A stretch of DNA of 64,000 nt from Mycobacteriales bacterium (GCA_035548055.1 DASZTL010000002.1:18017-82016); one strand, 5' to 3'; shown: positions 36,419 to 45,428, counted from the stretch's first letter. Program-made: numbers and translations. Notes: generated from the letters alone by a model not told the origin.

Positions 36419-37285
36419 GTGGAAGGGCTGAGCGCGGGGCACGATCTCCGCATGACAGCCACGACCGCCATCCGTCGCTCGAGCGCGACGAAGAGCCGGT
36501 TGAAGCCGAAGCCGGCGATGGTGAAGGTGGCGCGGTTCGGGCTTGCTGCGCGCAGCGCGTTCTACCTGCTGCTCGCCGGCCTGGTCGTGCACCTGGCGGT
36601 CAGCGGCGGGACCGGACCGCAGGCCGACGCGAAAGGTGCGTTGGAGACCGTTGCTGGCAACCCGGTCGGTGAGGCAGCGATCATCGCGGTCGCCATCGGA
36701 TTCCTCGCTTTCGGCGTCGCCCGACTGTGGAGCGCTTGGCAGGACGAGAAGCCGAGCGTCTGGCGACGAACCACCGCGGCGCTGCAAGGCGGGTTCTATC
36801 TCGTGCTGATGTGGATTCCGTTGTCCTACGTCTTCGGCAACCGGGCGACGGGCAGCAACAAGTCGCAGCACCGGATGGCCGGCGACCTGTTGGGGCTGCC
36901 GGCGGGCCGTGAGCTCGTCGCCGCTCTCGGAGTGATCGTCATCGTGGTCTGCTCGAACCAGATTCGTACGGCGCTGACCCAGGAGTACGCCGACGGGATG
37001 CAGCTGAGAGGTGCGCCGGCGTGGGTCAAGCGGCTCGTCCATGCCGCGGCGATGTTGGGCATCCCGGCGCGGGCACTCGTCTTCGTCCCCCTTGGGGTCT
37101 GCCTCATCGTTGCCGCGGTGCAGTCCGACGCCAGTCATGCCAAGGGTCTGGACCAGCTGCTGGGATCGTTGGCCGGGCAGTGGTGGGGTGTCGTGCTGCT
37201 CGCCGTCGTCGCGTGCGGACTGATGGTGTTCGCGACGTACTCGATCCTGGAAGCCCGCTATCGGAAGGTGCTGCGCGCCGAGTAG
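36419..37285 (+). CDS. DUF1206 domain membrane protein
   Basis: 288 aa with repeated paired TM helices (ARFGLAARSAFYLLLAGLVV...) and a C-terminal FATYSILEARYRKV. An alternative ATG lies at 36452. Confidence 0.7.
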   Translation: MEGLSAGHDLRMTATTAIRRSSATKSRLKPKPAMVKVARFGLAARSAFYLLLAGLVVHLAVSGGTGPQADAKGALETVAGNPVGEAAIIAVAIGFLAFGVARLWSAWQDEKPSVWRRTTAALQGGFYLVLMWIPLSYVFGNRATGSNKSQHRMAGDLLGLPAGRELVAALGVIVIVVCSNQIRTALTQEYADGMQLRGAPAWVKRLVHAAAMLGIPARALVFVPLGVCLIVAAVQSDASHAKGLDQLLGSLAGQWWGVVLLAVVACGLMVFATYSILEARYRKVLRAE

Positions 37286-38551
37286 CTACTCGGCGCGTTT
37301 GCGGGACTCCGAGGCGGCCCAGGCGAAGACGCCCTTCGCCATCGTCGACGACTCGAACTCCGCCCGCTTCGCGAAGACCTCCGCCCGCACCCGGTGCACG
37401 CCGGCGTCCGACGGAGCCGCCAGGGATGCAATCTCAGCGAGGTGCCCGGCGAGCCGTAGCGACTCGCCATCTCCGACGGACGCGATAGCAGCGGCGCGAT
37501 CAGCAAGCACCGATGCCCCACCGGCGAGCGAAGCGAGCTCGGCGGCAACAACCGCGTCGGGCGCCGGCTTGAGCGATGCCGGGTTGCCGTCGTACCAGCC
37601 GCCGTAGAGCCGCCACACGTTGCGTACGACGAACTCCGGCTCGTCGTAGACCGGACGCAGGTATGGCTTCTCCAACAGGTCGGCCGGGGCCTTGACCGTG
37701 TGGATGATGTCGTCGAGCCGAGCCCCCTGGTTCATCAACGCGACCGTCTGCTCGTGCAGCGACTCGAGCAGCGCTGCGGTATCGAGCAGCGCGGTCTTCA
37801 CCCGGTCGGCGCCGACGACGGGCACGCCATGACCCGGCAGCAGGAACTCGGCGTTCAGTGCTGCCATCTTGCGGAGCGCATGCGCCCACTCGATCGGATA
37901 GCGCTGCACCTTCTGCGGGTTGCCGGCGTTGGGGGAAGCCCAGATGAAGAGGTCGCCGCTGCACAGCACCTTCTTCTCCGGGATCCACGTCCAGGTGTGG
38001 TCGTCGGTCTCGCCGCGGGCGTGGTTCAGCTCGATCGTCACGCCGCCGATGACGAGCGTCATCTGGTCGCGGTAGGTGACGTCGGGATAGCGGTAGTCCA
38101 TCGGCCACTGAATCCCCGGCGCTTGGAACTGTCGCTGGTTGATCACGGCGTTGTAGCCATTGGTCAGCTTGTAGCGGTCAAACCGCAACGGCAGCGCCTC
38201 GTGGGCGATGACCTGCGGCGCTCGCCAACCCTTGTCCTTGGCTTCGGCCTGGAACACCGGTACGCCGAACACGTGGTCGACGTGACCGTGGGAGTAGACG
38301 GCGGTGTGCAGCGGCTTGTCCGACCACTGCCGGACCGACTCGTGCACCGACTTCGCGGTGATCTCGCTGCCGGTGTCCACGAGGAAGAGGCCGTCATCGG
38401 TCGACAGCGCCGACACGTTGGCGAAGGTCGGCAGGAAGGCGACGCCGTCGGTGACCTCCTCGAGGCCGCTCTGCGCGAACAGCTGGTGGCCGCTCTCGAT
38501 CGTGTCGAGACCGCGCCAGAGCCGGTCCGCGTAGTCGAGCGTGGCACCCAT
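37286..38551 (-). CDS. MBL-fold metallo-hydrolase with alkylsulfatase-type dimerisation domain
   Basis: 421 aa. YSHGHVDHVFG metal motif, ETDDHTW, and a helical C-terminal domain as in alkyl/aryl sulfatases. No SCP2 tail. Confidence 0.78.
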   Translation of the reverse strand: MGATLDYADRLWRGLDTIESGHQLFAQSGLEEVTDGVAFLPTFANVSALSTDDGLFLVDTGSEITAKSVHESVRQWSDKPLHTAVYSHGHVDHVFGVPVFQAEAKDKGWRAPQVIAHEALPLRFDRYKLTNGYNAVINQRQFQAPGIQWPMDYRYPDVTYRDQMTLVIGGVTIELNHARGETDDHTWTWIPEKKVLCSGDLFIWASPNAGNPQKVQRYPIEWAHALRKMAALNAEFLLPGHGVPVVGADRVKTALLDTAALLESLHEQTVALMNQGARLDDIIHTVKAPADLLEKPYLRPVYDEPEFVVRNVWRLYGGWYDGNPASLKPAPDAVVAAELASLAGGASVLADRAAAIASVGDGESLRLAGHLAEIASLAAPSDAGVHRVRAEVFAKRAEFESSTMAKGVFAWAASESRKRAE

Positions 38552-38554
38552 CGG

Positions 38555-39421
38555 CTATCTCCGTTCTCTTGCTGCCGGCATCCACTCGGTGCCGGCAGTC
38601 TCATCAATCCGCGACACGAGTCGATCACCGACCGGCTCGACAAGCGAGAGGAACTCCGCCGTCAGCTCCGCACCGAGCGAGCGCCAAGCGAGCTCACAGA
38701 TCGCATCGGTGCGTTCCTCGATTCGCTCCCGCAGGGCCAGCCCGGCGTCGTTGACGACGCCGGATGTGGCGAGCCCGCGGGCCTCGAGGTCGGCGTAAGC
38801 AGACGAGAGCGCAGCATCGTCGGACCCGCGGCTACGCGGGATCCAATCCTTCGGGTAGTTCAAAAAGGCGTTGTGCAACAGGCCGGCCTGCGTCGCCGAG
38901 ATGCCTTCGGACGTGAGCACGGCGAAGTGGGTGTCACCGCGCCACTCGCGGATGCAGTTGACGGCAAGCCACGCAGACAACAGCGGATCGGAGGGCCGCG
39001 CCTGCTGCCGATGGGCGGCGAACAGGGCGCGTCCGGAGACCGGCAAACCGTCGGCCGCCGCCCACAAGGGCCCGGCGAGCGAAGCGAGCGAGTCACAGAT
39101 CTCCGGCACATACGTCCGCAGACCGCGCACAACGGCGTCGTTACGGGCCTGGATGATCGCGTCGTACGTCGTGTGCTGCTCGGTGATCTGCAGCGCCGCG
39201 GCGATGAACTCCGGCAAGATCGAGTAGAAGGTCGCTGCGACGACCTGCGCCCCGGCGGGTGCGAGCGGCGCCGAGCGGCTGGCGATGTAGGTGACGCCGC
39301 CCATGTCGATGCCGAGCGCCTTGTAGTTCTCGAGCGCGATCGGGTCCCAGTAGATCCACCCGATCAGCCGGTGCGAGGCGAACGAAGCACGCGCGGACAG
39401 CGTGGTCCAGTCGTCGGCCAT
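38555..39421 (-). CDS. Conserved hypothetical protein (possibly SCO6745-like helical family)
   Basis: Track ORF 38555..39628 trimmed to the ATG at 39421 (MADDWTTLSARASFASHRLIGWIYWDP...YIASRSAPLAPAG...ATFYSILPEF). The discarded N-terminus is Arg/Ser-rich and overlaps the divergent promoter region. Confidence 0.55.
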   Translation of the reverse strand: MADDWTTLSARASFASHRLIGWIYWDPIALENYKALGIDMGGVTYIASRSAPLAPAGAQVVAATFYSILPEFIAAALQITEQHTTYDAIIQARNDAVVRGLRTYVPEICDSLASLAGPLWAAADGLPVSGRALFAAHRQQARPSDPLLSAWLAVNCIREWRGDTHFAVLTSEGISATQAGLLHNAFLNYPKDWIPRSRGSDDAALSSAYADLEARGLATSGVVNDAGLALRERIEERTDAICELAWRSLGAELTAEFLSLVEPVGDRLVSRIDETAGTEWMPAARERR

Positions 39422-39530
39422 GGTGGACGAATTCCTATCATCTGTCAGTCCACATGACAATAGGTTGGAAGCGGCGGCCACGGCTTTGTGGAGCAACGCG
39501 CGACGCTTCGCCGTTGCTAGCCTTTTCTGC

Positions 39531-40472
39531 GTGGTTGCACTCCCAGCAGAGCTCCCCATCGAACCCGAGCCGCCGGCAATCGATCTGAGCCTTCGGCGCG
39601 ACTTCCACGACTTGCGCGCCGACCGCAAGGACGAGCTGTGGAGCGTGGGCTACATCGCGTTGTCCTGGGCGGCGGTGGCCGGGTCGGTCGCCATGTTCTG
39701 GAAGCGCCGTACGCCGGCGAGCGCGGTCGCCGCCATCGCGGTCATCGCGTCACGGCAGCAGGCGCTGCTCAACGTCGAGCACGACGCGCTGCACCGCTCG
39801 CTTGCGCGTAACCGCAAACTCAACGACACCCTCGGCCTGGTCACGGCCGCCGCGCCCTGCGGCTCTGGATTCCGGTCGACGCGCATCCACCACCTGCGTC
39901 ACCACCGGCTGCTCAACACTCCGGATGACCCCGACGGCATCCTGCACCAGGGGCCCCATCTCGCTACGCGCAAGGGATTGCTGCGCCACCTCTTCGAGGG
40001 CTTCACTGGGATCTATGCGATCAAGCTGCTGCGGCGCCGAGAGGGCTGGGTCGACGCCGAGACGGCACGCAAGGACAAGCGGGACATCGCGCTGGTACAC
40101 GTCGGCCTCTGGGCGATCTTCGCCCGTCTCACCGCGTGGTGGACCTACCCGCTGCTCTGGCTCGCCCCGCTGACGACGGTGACCGCCGGTGTCCTCGTCG
40201 CCCGCAACTACGTTGACCATGCGCTGGTCGGCGAGGAGCTCGACGCGTACCCCGACCGCCGCGTCTCGGTCGACGTCAATCAGGTGGAGGGCGCGAACCT
40301 CTCGCCGTACAACATGAACTGGCACGCCGAGCACCATCTCTTTCCCTGGATTCCGGCAAGGCGGCTGCCGGAAGCGGCGCGCCGACTCGCGGCCCGCGAG
40401 GAGGCTCCGACGAGACTCGTGCGCAAGAGCTACCTGGGCGCTCTGATCAAACACCTGAAGCTGCTGCCTTGA
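39531..40472 (+). CDS. Membrane fatty-acid desaturase family protein (three His boxes)
   Basis: His boxes HDALH, HHLRHH and HAEHHLFP. The track ORF starts at 39402, which would overlap the divergent gene and cross a lower-GC promoter-like stretch. I prefer the in-frame GTG at 39531, but the start is uncertain. Confidence 0.75.
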   Translation: MVALPAELPIEPEPPAIDLSLRRDFHDLRADRKDELWSVGYIALSWAAVAGSVAMFWKRRTPASAVAAIAVIASRQQALLNVEHDALHRSLARNRKLNDTLGLVTAAAPCGSGFRSTRIHHLRHHRLLNTPDDPDGILHQGPHLATRKGLLRHLFEGFTGIYAIKLLRRREGWVDAETARKDKRDIALVHVGLWAIFARLTAWWTYPLLWLAPLTTVTAGVLVARNYVDHALVGEELDAYPDRRVSVDVNQVEGANLSPYNMNWHAEHHLFPWIPARRLPEAARRLAAREEAPTRLVRKSYLGALIKHLKLLP

Positions 40473-41470
40473 GCCTGCGTACCGTCCGGCGACCGTGCGC
40501 GTTGTGTGGCCACACCGACGCCACCGTCTTGTGGCGCGGTCACGAGCACGAGTACCCCGAGACGACGGACGAGACGTTCGCGGTCGTGAAGTGCGACACC
40601 TGCGGGCTTGGCCGGCTCGACCCGTGTCCGGACGTCAGCGAGCTCGACACCATCTACCCGCCGACGTACTACAGCTACAACATGGTCAGCGACCGCCGTC
40701 CCGATGGCCAGCTTCGGCTGAAGGAGAAGGTGTCGCTGAAGTACACGGGCCAGGTGTTGGCGTCGGCGATGGCGAGGGCGGGAGTCGCCGAGAGCGACGA
40801 GGTGAAGCTGCTCGACGTCGGTTGCGGTGACGGGCGGATCCTCGACTACTACCGGGCTAGTCGACCCGCGGGCATGGTCGAGACGTGGGGCCTCGACATC
40901 AACGGCGACGCCCTTGCGATTGCTGAGAAGGCCGGTCACAGATGCGTGCAGGGCGCTTTCGAGAACGAGAACGACCTGCCGAAGGGCTACTTCGACATCG
41001 TCGTCGCCCGTCATGTGATCGAGCACGTCGAAGATCCGGTCGTCTTCACCCGCAACGCCGCCGAGCTGCTGCGGCCCGGTGGCGTCTTCCTCGTCGCCAC
41101 CCCCGACTTCGGGTCACCGGATGCCAAGAAGTTCGGCGGCCACTGGGGCGGCAACCACTTCCCGCGGCATTGGTGGTTCTTCGACGGTGAGGCAATGCGC
41201 AAGGTCGCCGAGCACGTCGGTCTCGAGTGCGTCGCGGTCGAGTACGAGCTCAACCCGGTGTTCTGGACGTGGACCATGCACTCCGCCCTCAAGGACCGCT
41301 ACCCCGATGCCAAATGGGTCGACGCGGTCTTCCCGCCGGTGTCGATCTTCTACGGCGGTCCGCGCAGCTTCCTGCTGCAAGGCGCATTCACGGTGGTGGA
41401 CTCGCTGCTCCGCAAGCGCACCGGGATGACGGGCAGCATGATCGCCACCCTCCGCAAGCCTGTGAGGTAG
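40469..41470 (+). CDS. Class I SAM-dependent methyltransferase with N-terminal Cys4 zinc-ribbon
   Basis: 333 aa. CALCGH...CDTCG ribbon, LLDVGCGDGRIL (motif I) and VVARHVIEHVEDP. The TTG start overlaps the desaturase stop (TTGA). Confidence 0.82.
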   Translation: MSLRTVRRPCALCGHTDATVLWRGHEHEYPETTDETFAVVKCDTCGLGRLDPCPDVSELDTIYPPTYYSYNMVSDRRPDGQLRLKEKVSLKYTGQVLASAMARAGVAESDEVKLLDVGCGDGRILDYYRASRPAGMVETWGLDINGDALAIAEKAGHRCVQGAFENENDLPKGYFDIVVARHVIEHVEDPVVFTRNAAELLRPGGVFLVATPDFGSPDAKKFGGHWGGNHFPRHWWFFDGEAMRKVAEHVGLECVAVEYELNPVFWTWTMHSALKDRYPDAKWVDAVFPPVSIFYGGPRSFLLQGAFTVVDSLLRKRTGMTGSMIATLRKPVR

Positions 41471-41478
41471 ACCACTTC

Positions 41479-41505
41479 CAGGCAGGCTTGCCTGTTTGTT
41501 ATTTT
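41479..41505 (+). terminator. Rho-independent terminator-like hairpin plus T-tract after the methyltransferase gene
   Basis: CAGGCA-GGCT-TGCCTG (6-bp stem, 41479-41494) followed by TTTGTTATTTT. It begins 9 nt after the stop at 41470. Confidence 0.55.
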
Positions 41506-41522
41506 CGCCGTACCGTTCGGGT

Positions 41523-42176
41523 GTGTCGAAGCGGCCGGAGCCAGCGCCTCGCCGCTCCCAGGCGGAGCGGACCGAGCTGATGCGGACTCGCCTGCTCGAC
41601 GCCACGATCGAGTGCCTGGCTGAGTCGGGCTACGGGCGCATGTCGACGAACGACGTCGTGCGCCGCGCGCGGGTCTCCCGGGGTGCGCTGGCCCACCACT
41701 TCCCGACCAAGGCCGATCTGGTGACCGCCGCCGCCGAACGGCTGGTCGAGCGTCGTGGGGCGGAGTTCCGCGCCCGGTTCGAGGCGATCGCGCCGGAACG
41801 GCGTACGCCGGAGCGCGCGCTGGAAGTGCTGTGGTCCTTCTACGACGACCCGAGCGGCCTGGCCCTCATCGAGCTGACCGTCGTCGCGCGCACGTATCCG
41901 GAGCTGACGCCGGTCCTCGTGAGGATGGGCGACCAGATCGCGGCCGTCACCGCCGAGATGGTGCTGGCGTACTTCCCGAGCCTGGCCTCGGTGCCCTTCG
42001 TCGAAGAGGCGCTCCGCGCCGTCCACGCACTGTTCGCCGGCCTCGCGCTGTCGTCGATGGCGGGGCCGCAGGCGACCGGTGACGCCCAAGCCGTCCGTGA
42101 GTTCCTCAACATCCTCGCCATCAACATGCTCGCCTCCGGCGAGTCGCTTGCCTCCACCGAACGGAGCCCGTCATGA
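41523..42176 (+). CDS. TetR family transcriptional regulator
   Basis: HTH region RTRLLDATIECLAESGYGRMSTNDVVRRARVSRGALAHHF. The track TTG start at 41496 lies inside the terminator T-tract, so I prefer the GTG at 41523 (an alternative ATG lies at 41580). Confidence 0.85.
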   Translation: MSKRPEPAPRRSQAERTELMRTRLLDATIECLAESGYGRMSTNDVVRRARVSRGALAHHFPTKADLVTAAAERLVERRGAEFRARFEAIAPERRTPERALEVLWSFYDDPSGLALIELTVVARTYPELTPVLVRMGDQIAAVTAEMVLAYFPSLASVPFVEEALRAVHALFAGLALSSMAGPQATGDAQAVREFLNILAINMLASGESLASTERSPS

Positions 42177-43048
42177 GCGTCATGACCGTCCCCTCACCCG
42201 CTGGCGCCGCCCCGAAGCGCGCCATCAAGACGCGGCGGATGAAGTTCAACTACGCGCCCGGCCGGGTCGACCGCCACTACGCGAACGACGACTTGATCAT
42301 GAGTCACATCGTCGCGATGTTGTCCGCGATGTTCCCGGAGGGGGAGGACTTCTTCGTCCGCTCGGTGCGTCACTACGCGGACCGCATCACCGATCCGGAC
42401 CTGCTGGAGGCGGTGAAGGGCTTCACCGGCCAGGAGACGATGCACGGCCGCGAGCACCGCGCCCTCAACGAGAGACTGCAGGAGCTCGGCTACCCGACCC
42501 GCCGCGTCGACCGGCTGGTCAAGTCCGACCTGGCTCGCGTCGAGCGTCGCGCGCCGCACAAGGTGCAGCTCGCGATCACCGCGGCGCTGGAGCACTACAC
42601 CGCAACCCTCGCCGAACGGCTGCTCTCCAACGCGCAGGCCCGCGAGATGCTGGGCAACGGGGAGGTCCGCAACGTGCTGCTGTGGCACGCGGTGGAGGAG
42701 TCCGAGCACAAGGCGGTCGCCTTCGACGTCTACCGAGCGGTGGGCGGCACGGAGAAGATGCGAATCCGGGTCATGAAGCTGATGACCTGGTCCTTCCTTC
42801 TCGGCACGATCATGCAGACGCTGCTGTCGATGCTGGCCGACCGCGCCACCTACAACCCGGTGCGTCTCGCGAGAAGCATCAAGGAGCTGCGGCGCTCGCC
42901 GTTCCTCGGCAAGGAGATGGTGGCAGCCATCAAGGACTACAACCGCGTGGGCTTCCACCCGAACGACCACGACAACACCGAGCTTCTCGACTACTGGACC
43001 AAGGAGCTCTTCGGTGCCGAGGGACGGCTTGCGGGGAACCTGAAGTGA
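42173..43048 (+). CDS. Predicted metal-dependent hydrolase (PF10118-like), paralog 2
   Basis: 291 aa. VKGFTGQETMHGREH and WHAVEESEHKAVAFDVY, the same motifs as the gene at 33431..34288. ATGA overlap with the TetR gene. Confidence 0.72.
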   Translation: MSVMTVPSPAGAAPKRAIKTRRMKFNYAPGRVDRHYANDDLIMSHIVAMLSAMFPEGEDFFVRSVRHYADRITDPDLLEAVKGFTGQETMHGREHRALNERLQELGYPTRRVDRLVKSDLARVERRAPHKVQLAITAALEHYTATLAERLLSNAQAREMLGNGEVRNVLLWHAVEESEHKAVAFDVYRAVGGTEKMRIRVMKLMTWSFLLGTIMQTLLSMLADRATYNPVRLARSIKELRRSPFLGKEMVAAIKDYNRVGFHPNDHDNTELLDYWTKELFGAEGRLAGNLK

Positions 43049-44532
43049 GCGGGCCTGTCGATCACGATGTCGTCATCATCGGCGCCGGCTTCGGCGGCAT
43101 GGGCGCGGCGATCGAGCTCAAGCGACAGGGCTACGACAACATCCTGATCGTCGACCGCGAGGACGATCTCGGTGGCACGTGGCACGTCAATCACTACCCG
43201 GGCCTCGCTGTCGACATCCCGTCGGTGACGTACTCCTACTCCTTCGAGCCGAACCCGTACTGGTCGCGGTTGTTCGCACCGGGTGCCGAGCTCAAGCGGT
43301 ACGCGCTGCACGTCGCCGACAAGTACGACCTGCATCGCCACATGCGCTTCGGCAAGGCGGTCGAGGGCGCGCGGTGGGAAGAGGACGAGCGTCGCTGGGT
43401 GGTCAACCTCGCCGGCGGGGAGACGGTGACGGCTCGCTTCGTGGTCGCGGCTACCGGCTACCTGTCGCAGCCGTATCGGCCCGAGATCCCGGGGATCGAC
43501 GAGTACGCCGGCGACGTGCTTCACACCGCGAAGTGGGACGACGACTACGACCTGACGGGCAAGCGGGTCGCCGTGATCGGCACTGGTGCGACCGCCGTAC
43601 AGCTCATTCCCGAGGTCGCCAAGCTCGCCGGCGAGATGACGGTCTACCAGCGCACGCCGATCTACGTGACCGCCAAGAACGACTTCGAGATGCCGAAGTC
43701 GGTGCAGAAGCTGTTCGCGCGGCTCCCCGTCACGCAGCGTGCCGCACGGCTGGTCAGTACTTCGCTGCTCGAGCTGCTGATGGTTGCGGGTGTCCTGCGC
43801 TATCGGCAGCTGAAGCGATTCAACGAGCGGGCCGCGAGCCTGGCGATCCGCAACATGAAGCGCACCATCAAGGATCCGGTGATGCGCGAGAAGCTGACGC
43901 CGTCGTACGCGTTCGGTTGCAAGCGCCCGACGTTCTCCAACGACTACTACCCGACGTTCAACCTGCCGCACGTCAGCCTCGAGACGACCCCGATCGAGAG
44001 GTTCGAGCCTGACGGGATCGTCACGACCGACGGCAACAAGACGACCATCGACACGCTGGTGCTGGCGACCGGCTACAACATCTGGGACGTGAACTTCCCT
44101 GCGTTCGAGGTGATCGGGCGCGAGGGTCGCGATCTCGGCAAGTGGTGGCGGGACAACCGGTTCTGCGCCTACGAAGGACTGTCGGTTCCGCTGTTCCCGA
44201 ACTTTCTCTGCCTCGCGAGCCCGTACTCCTACAGCGGGTTGTCGTACTTCACGACGATCGAGTACCAGATGACGCACATCGGACGGCTGTTCGGCGAGCT
44301 TCGGCGCAAGCAGGCCGAGACGTTCGAGGTGAGCGAGAAGGCGAACGAGGCCTTCCTCGACCGCATGACCGTGCTGCTGGGCGACTCGGTCTTCTACAAC
44401 GGGAACTGCGGCCCAGCACGTAGCTACTACTTCAACCAGCACGGCGAGGCCGCGGTCCTGCGCCCGACCTCGACGTACAACACCCGCCGAGAGGCGAACA
44501 GCTTCCCGCTGACCGACTACCAGTACGCCTAG
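43045..44532 (+). CDS. FAD-dependent monooxygenase (EthA-like Baeyer-Villiger/flavin-containing monooxygenase)
   Basis: In-frame GTG at 43045 within track ORF 42079..44532 (GTGA overlap with the previous stop). VVIIGAGFGGMG, GGTWHVNHYPG, YAGDVLHTAKWD and VAVIGTGATAVQ. The upstream 322 codons are Arg/Pro-rich and overlap real genes. Confidence 0.85.
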   Translation: MSGPVDHDVVIIGAGFGGMGAAIELKRQGYDNILIVDREDDLGGTWHVNHYPGLAVDIPSVTYSYSFEPNPYWSRLFAPGAELKRYALHVADKYDLHRHMRFGKAVEGARWEEDERRWVVNLAGGETVTARFVVAATGYLSQPYRPEIPGIDEYAGDVLHTAKWDDDYDLTGKRVAVIGTGATAVQLIPEVAKLAGEMTVYQRTPIYVTAKNDFEMPKSVQKLFARLPVTQRAARLVSTSLLELLMVAGVLRYRQLKRFNERAASLAIRNMKRTIKDPVMREKLTPSYAFGCKRPTFSNDYYPTFNLPHVSLETTPIERFEPDGIVTTDGNKTTIDTLVLATGYNIWDVNFPAFEVIGREGRDLGKWWRDNRFCAYEGLSVPLFPNFLCLASPYSYSGLSYFTTIEYQMTHIGRLFGELRRKQAETFEVSEKANEAFLDRMTVLLGDSVFYNGNCGPARSYYFNQHGEAAVLRPTSTYNTRREANSFPLTDYQYA

Positions 44533-45361
44533 GCCGTCGCGATCTCGGCGGCAAGCTGGTCGGGGAGCTCCATCGCGAAGAAGGTGCGGCCGCCGGCGAC
44601 CTTGGTCAGGCTGCCGCTGGGAAATGCCGCGACCAGCCGCTCCGCGAAGCTGACCTTGAATGACGTGTCAGCATCGCCCCACACCACGTGAACCGGTTTG
44701 GTGAGCTGCCGAAGCGGGTCGAGACATCGAGTAGGTCGCTGGGTCGGATCTGGCTCATCAGCTTCGCTGCGTCGCGACGCACTGCCTTGTCGCGAAGCGC
44801 CGGCTCGATCCAGCTCGCGGTGACCTGGGCGTCCGGCCTGCCCGCGAACAGCAGTCGGTAGCCGAGTCGGCTGTGCCGGATCGCGGTCGGCTTGATCGAC
44901 AGGGCGAGTGGCTTGATCAGGGCGGCATGGCTTCCGGTCTTGATCAGCATCTTGAACTCCTTCGGCGGGAAGACGTCGAAGGCGTCGCAGTTGGTGAGCA
45001 CCAACCGGCCGATCCGGCTGTGGTCAGTGTCGATGAGGAACTGGCACAACGCACCTCCGGTGTCGTTGCCGACCAAGGTGACGTTGGTGAGACCGAGCTT
45101 GGCCATGAAGTCGTTGATCATCCTGGCGATGCCGCGCGGGCTGAGATCGGCGTCGGCGTTCATTGCCTGCCGGTGCGAGCCGAGCGGCCAGTTGGGCGCA
45201 TAGCTGCGAATGCCGCGTTCAGCCAGCTTGTCCGCGACGGCCGTCCACAGCTGGCCATCGACGAGGAGACCATGGACGAAGACGACAGGCGCCAGTTCGC
45301 TGTCAACCGGACCCGCCGCGCGATAGGTGATCGTGCCTTGTGTGAGCTCGACGCTATCCAT
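44529..45361 (-). pseudogene. Alpha/beta hydrolase (Asp-nucleophile type) interrupted by a frameshift near 44710-44735
   Basis: Track ORF 44606..45460 (real ATG at 45361: MDSVELTQGTITYRAAG..VFVHGLLVDG..LVGNDTGGA) ends in a non-homologous tail. The expected C-terminus (LRQLTKPVHVVWGDADTSFKVSFAERLVAAFPSGSLTKVAGGRTFFAMELPDQLAAEIATA*) is in another frame and ends at 44529. Confidence 0.7.
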
Positions 45362-45428
45362 GGGTCGAGTCTGCCCCGCGATTGCCACCTGAGCACCTTC
45401 TAGCGTGCTCAGATCGCAATCGCCGCGG

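Noticed and set aside
37700-39457. 585-aa plus-strand ORF
   Set aside because: It is antisense to the MBL hydrolase and the conserved hypothetical gene, both of which have convincing sequence. Its composition is Arg/Gly/Val/Asp-rich with no recognisable domain.
42079-43044. N-terminal 322 codons of track ORF 42079..44532
   Set aside because: It overlaps the TetR 3' end and the whole PF10118-like gene in another frame. The monooxygenase Rossmann fold begins right after the in-frame GTG at 43045, which overlaps the upstream stop.
42991-44442. 483-aa minus-strand ORF
   Set aside because: It is antisense to the EthA-like monooxygenase, which carries clear FAD/NADPH and fingerprint motifs. The antisense translation is low-complexity and Arg/Val/Asp-rich.
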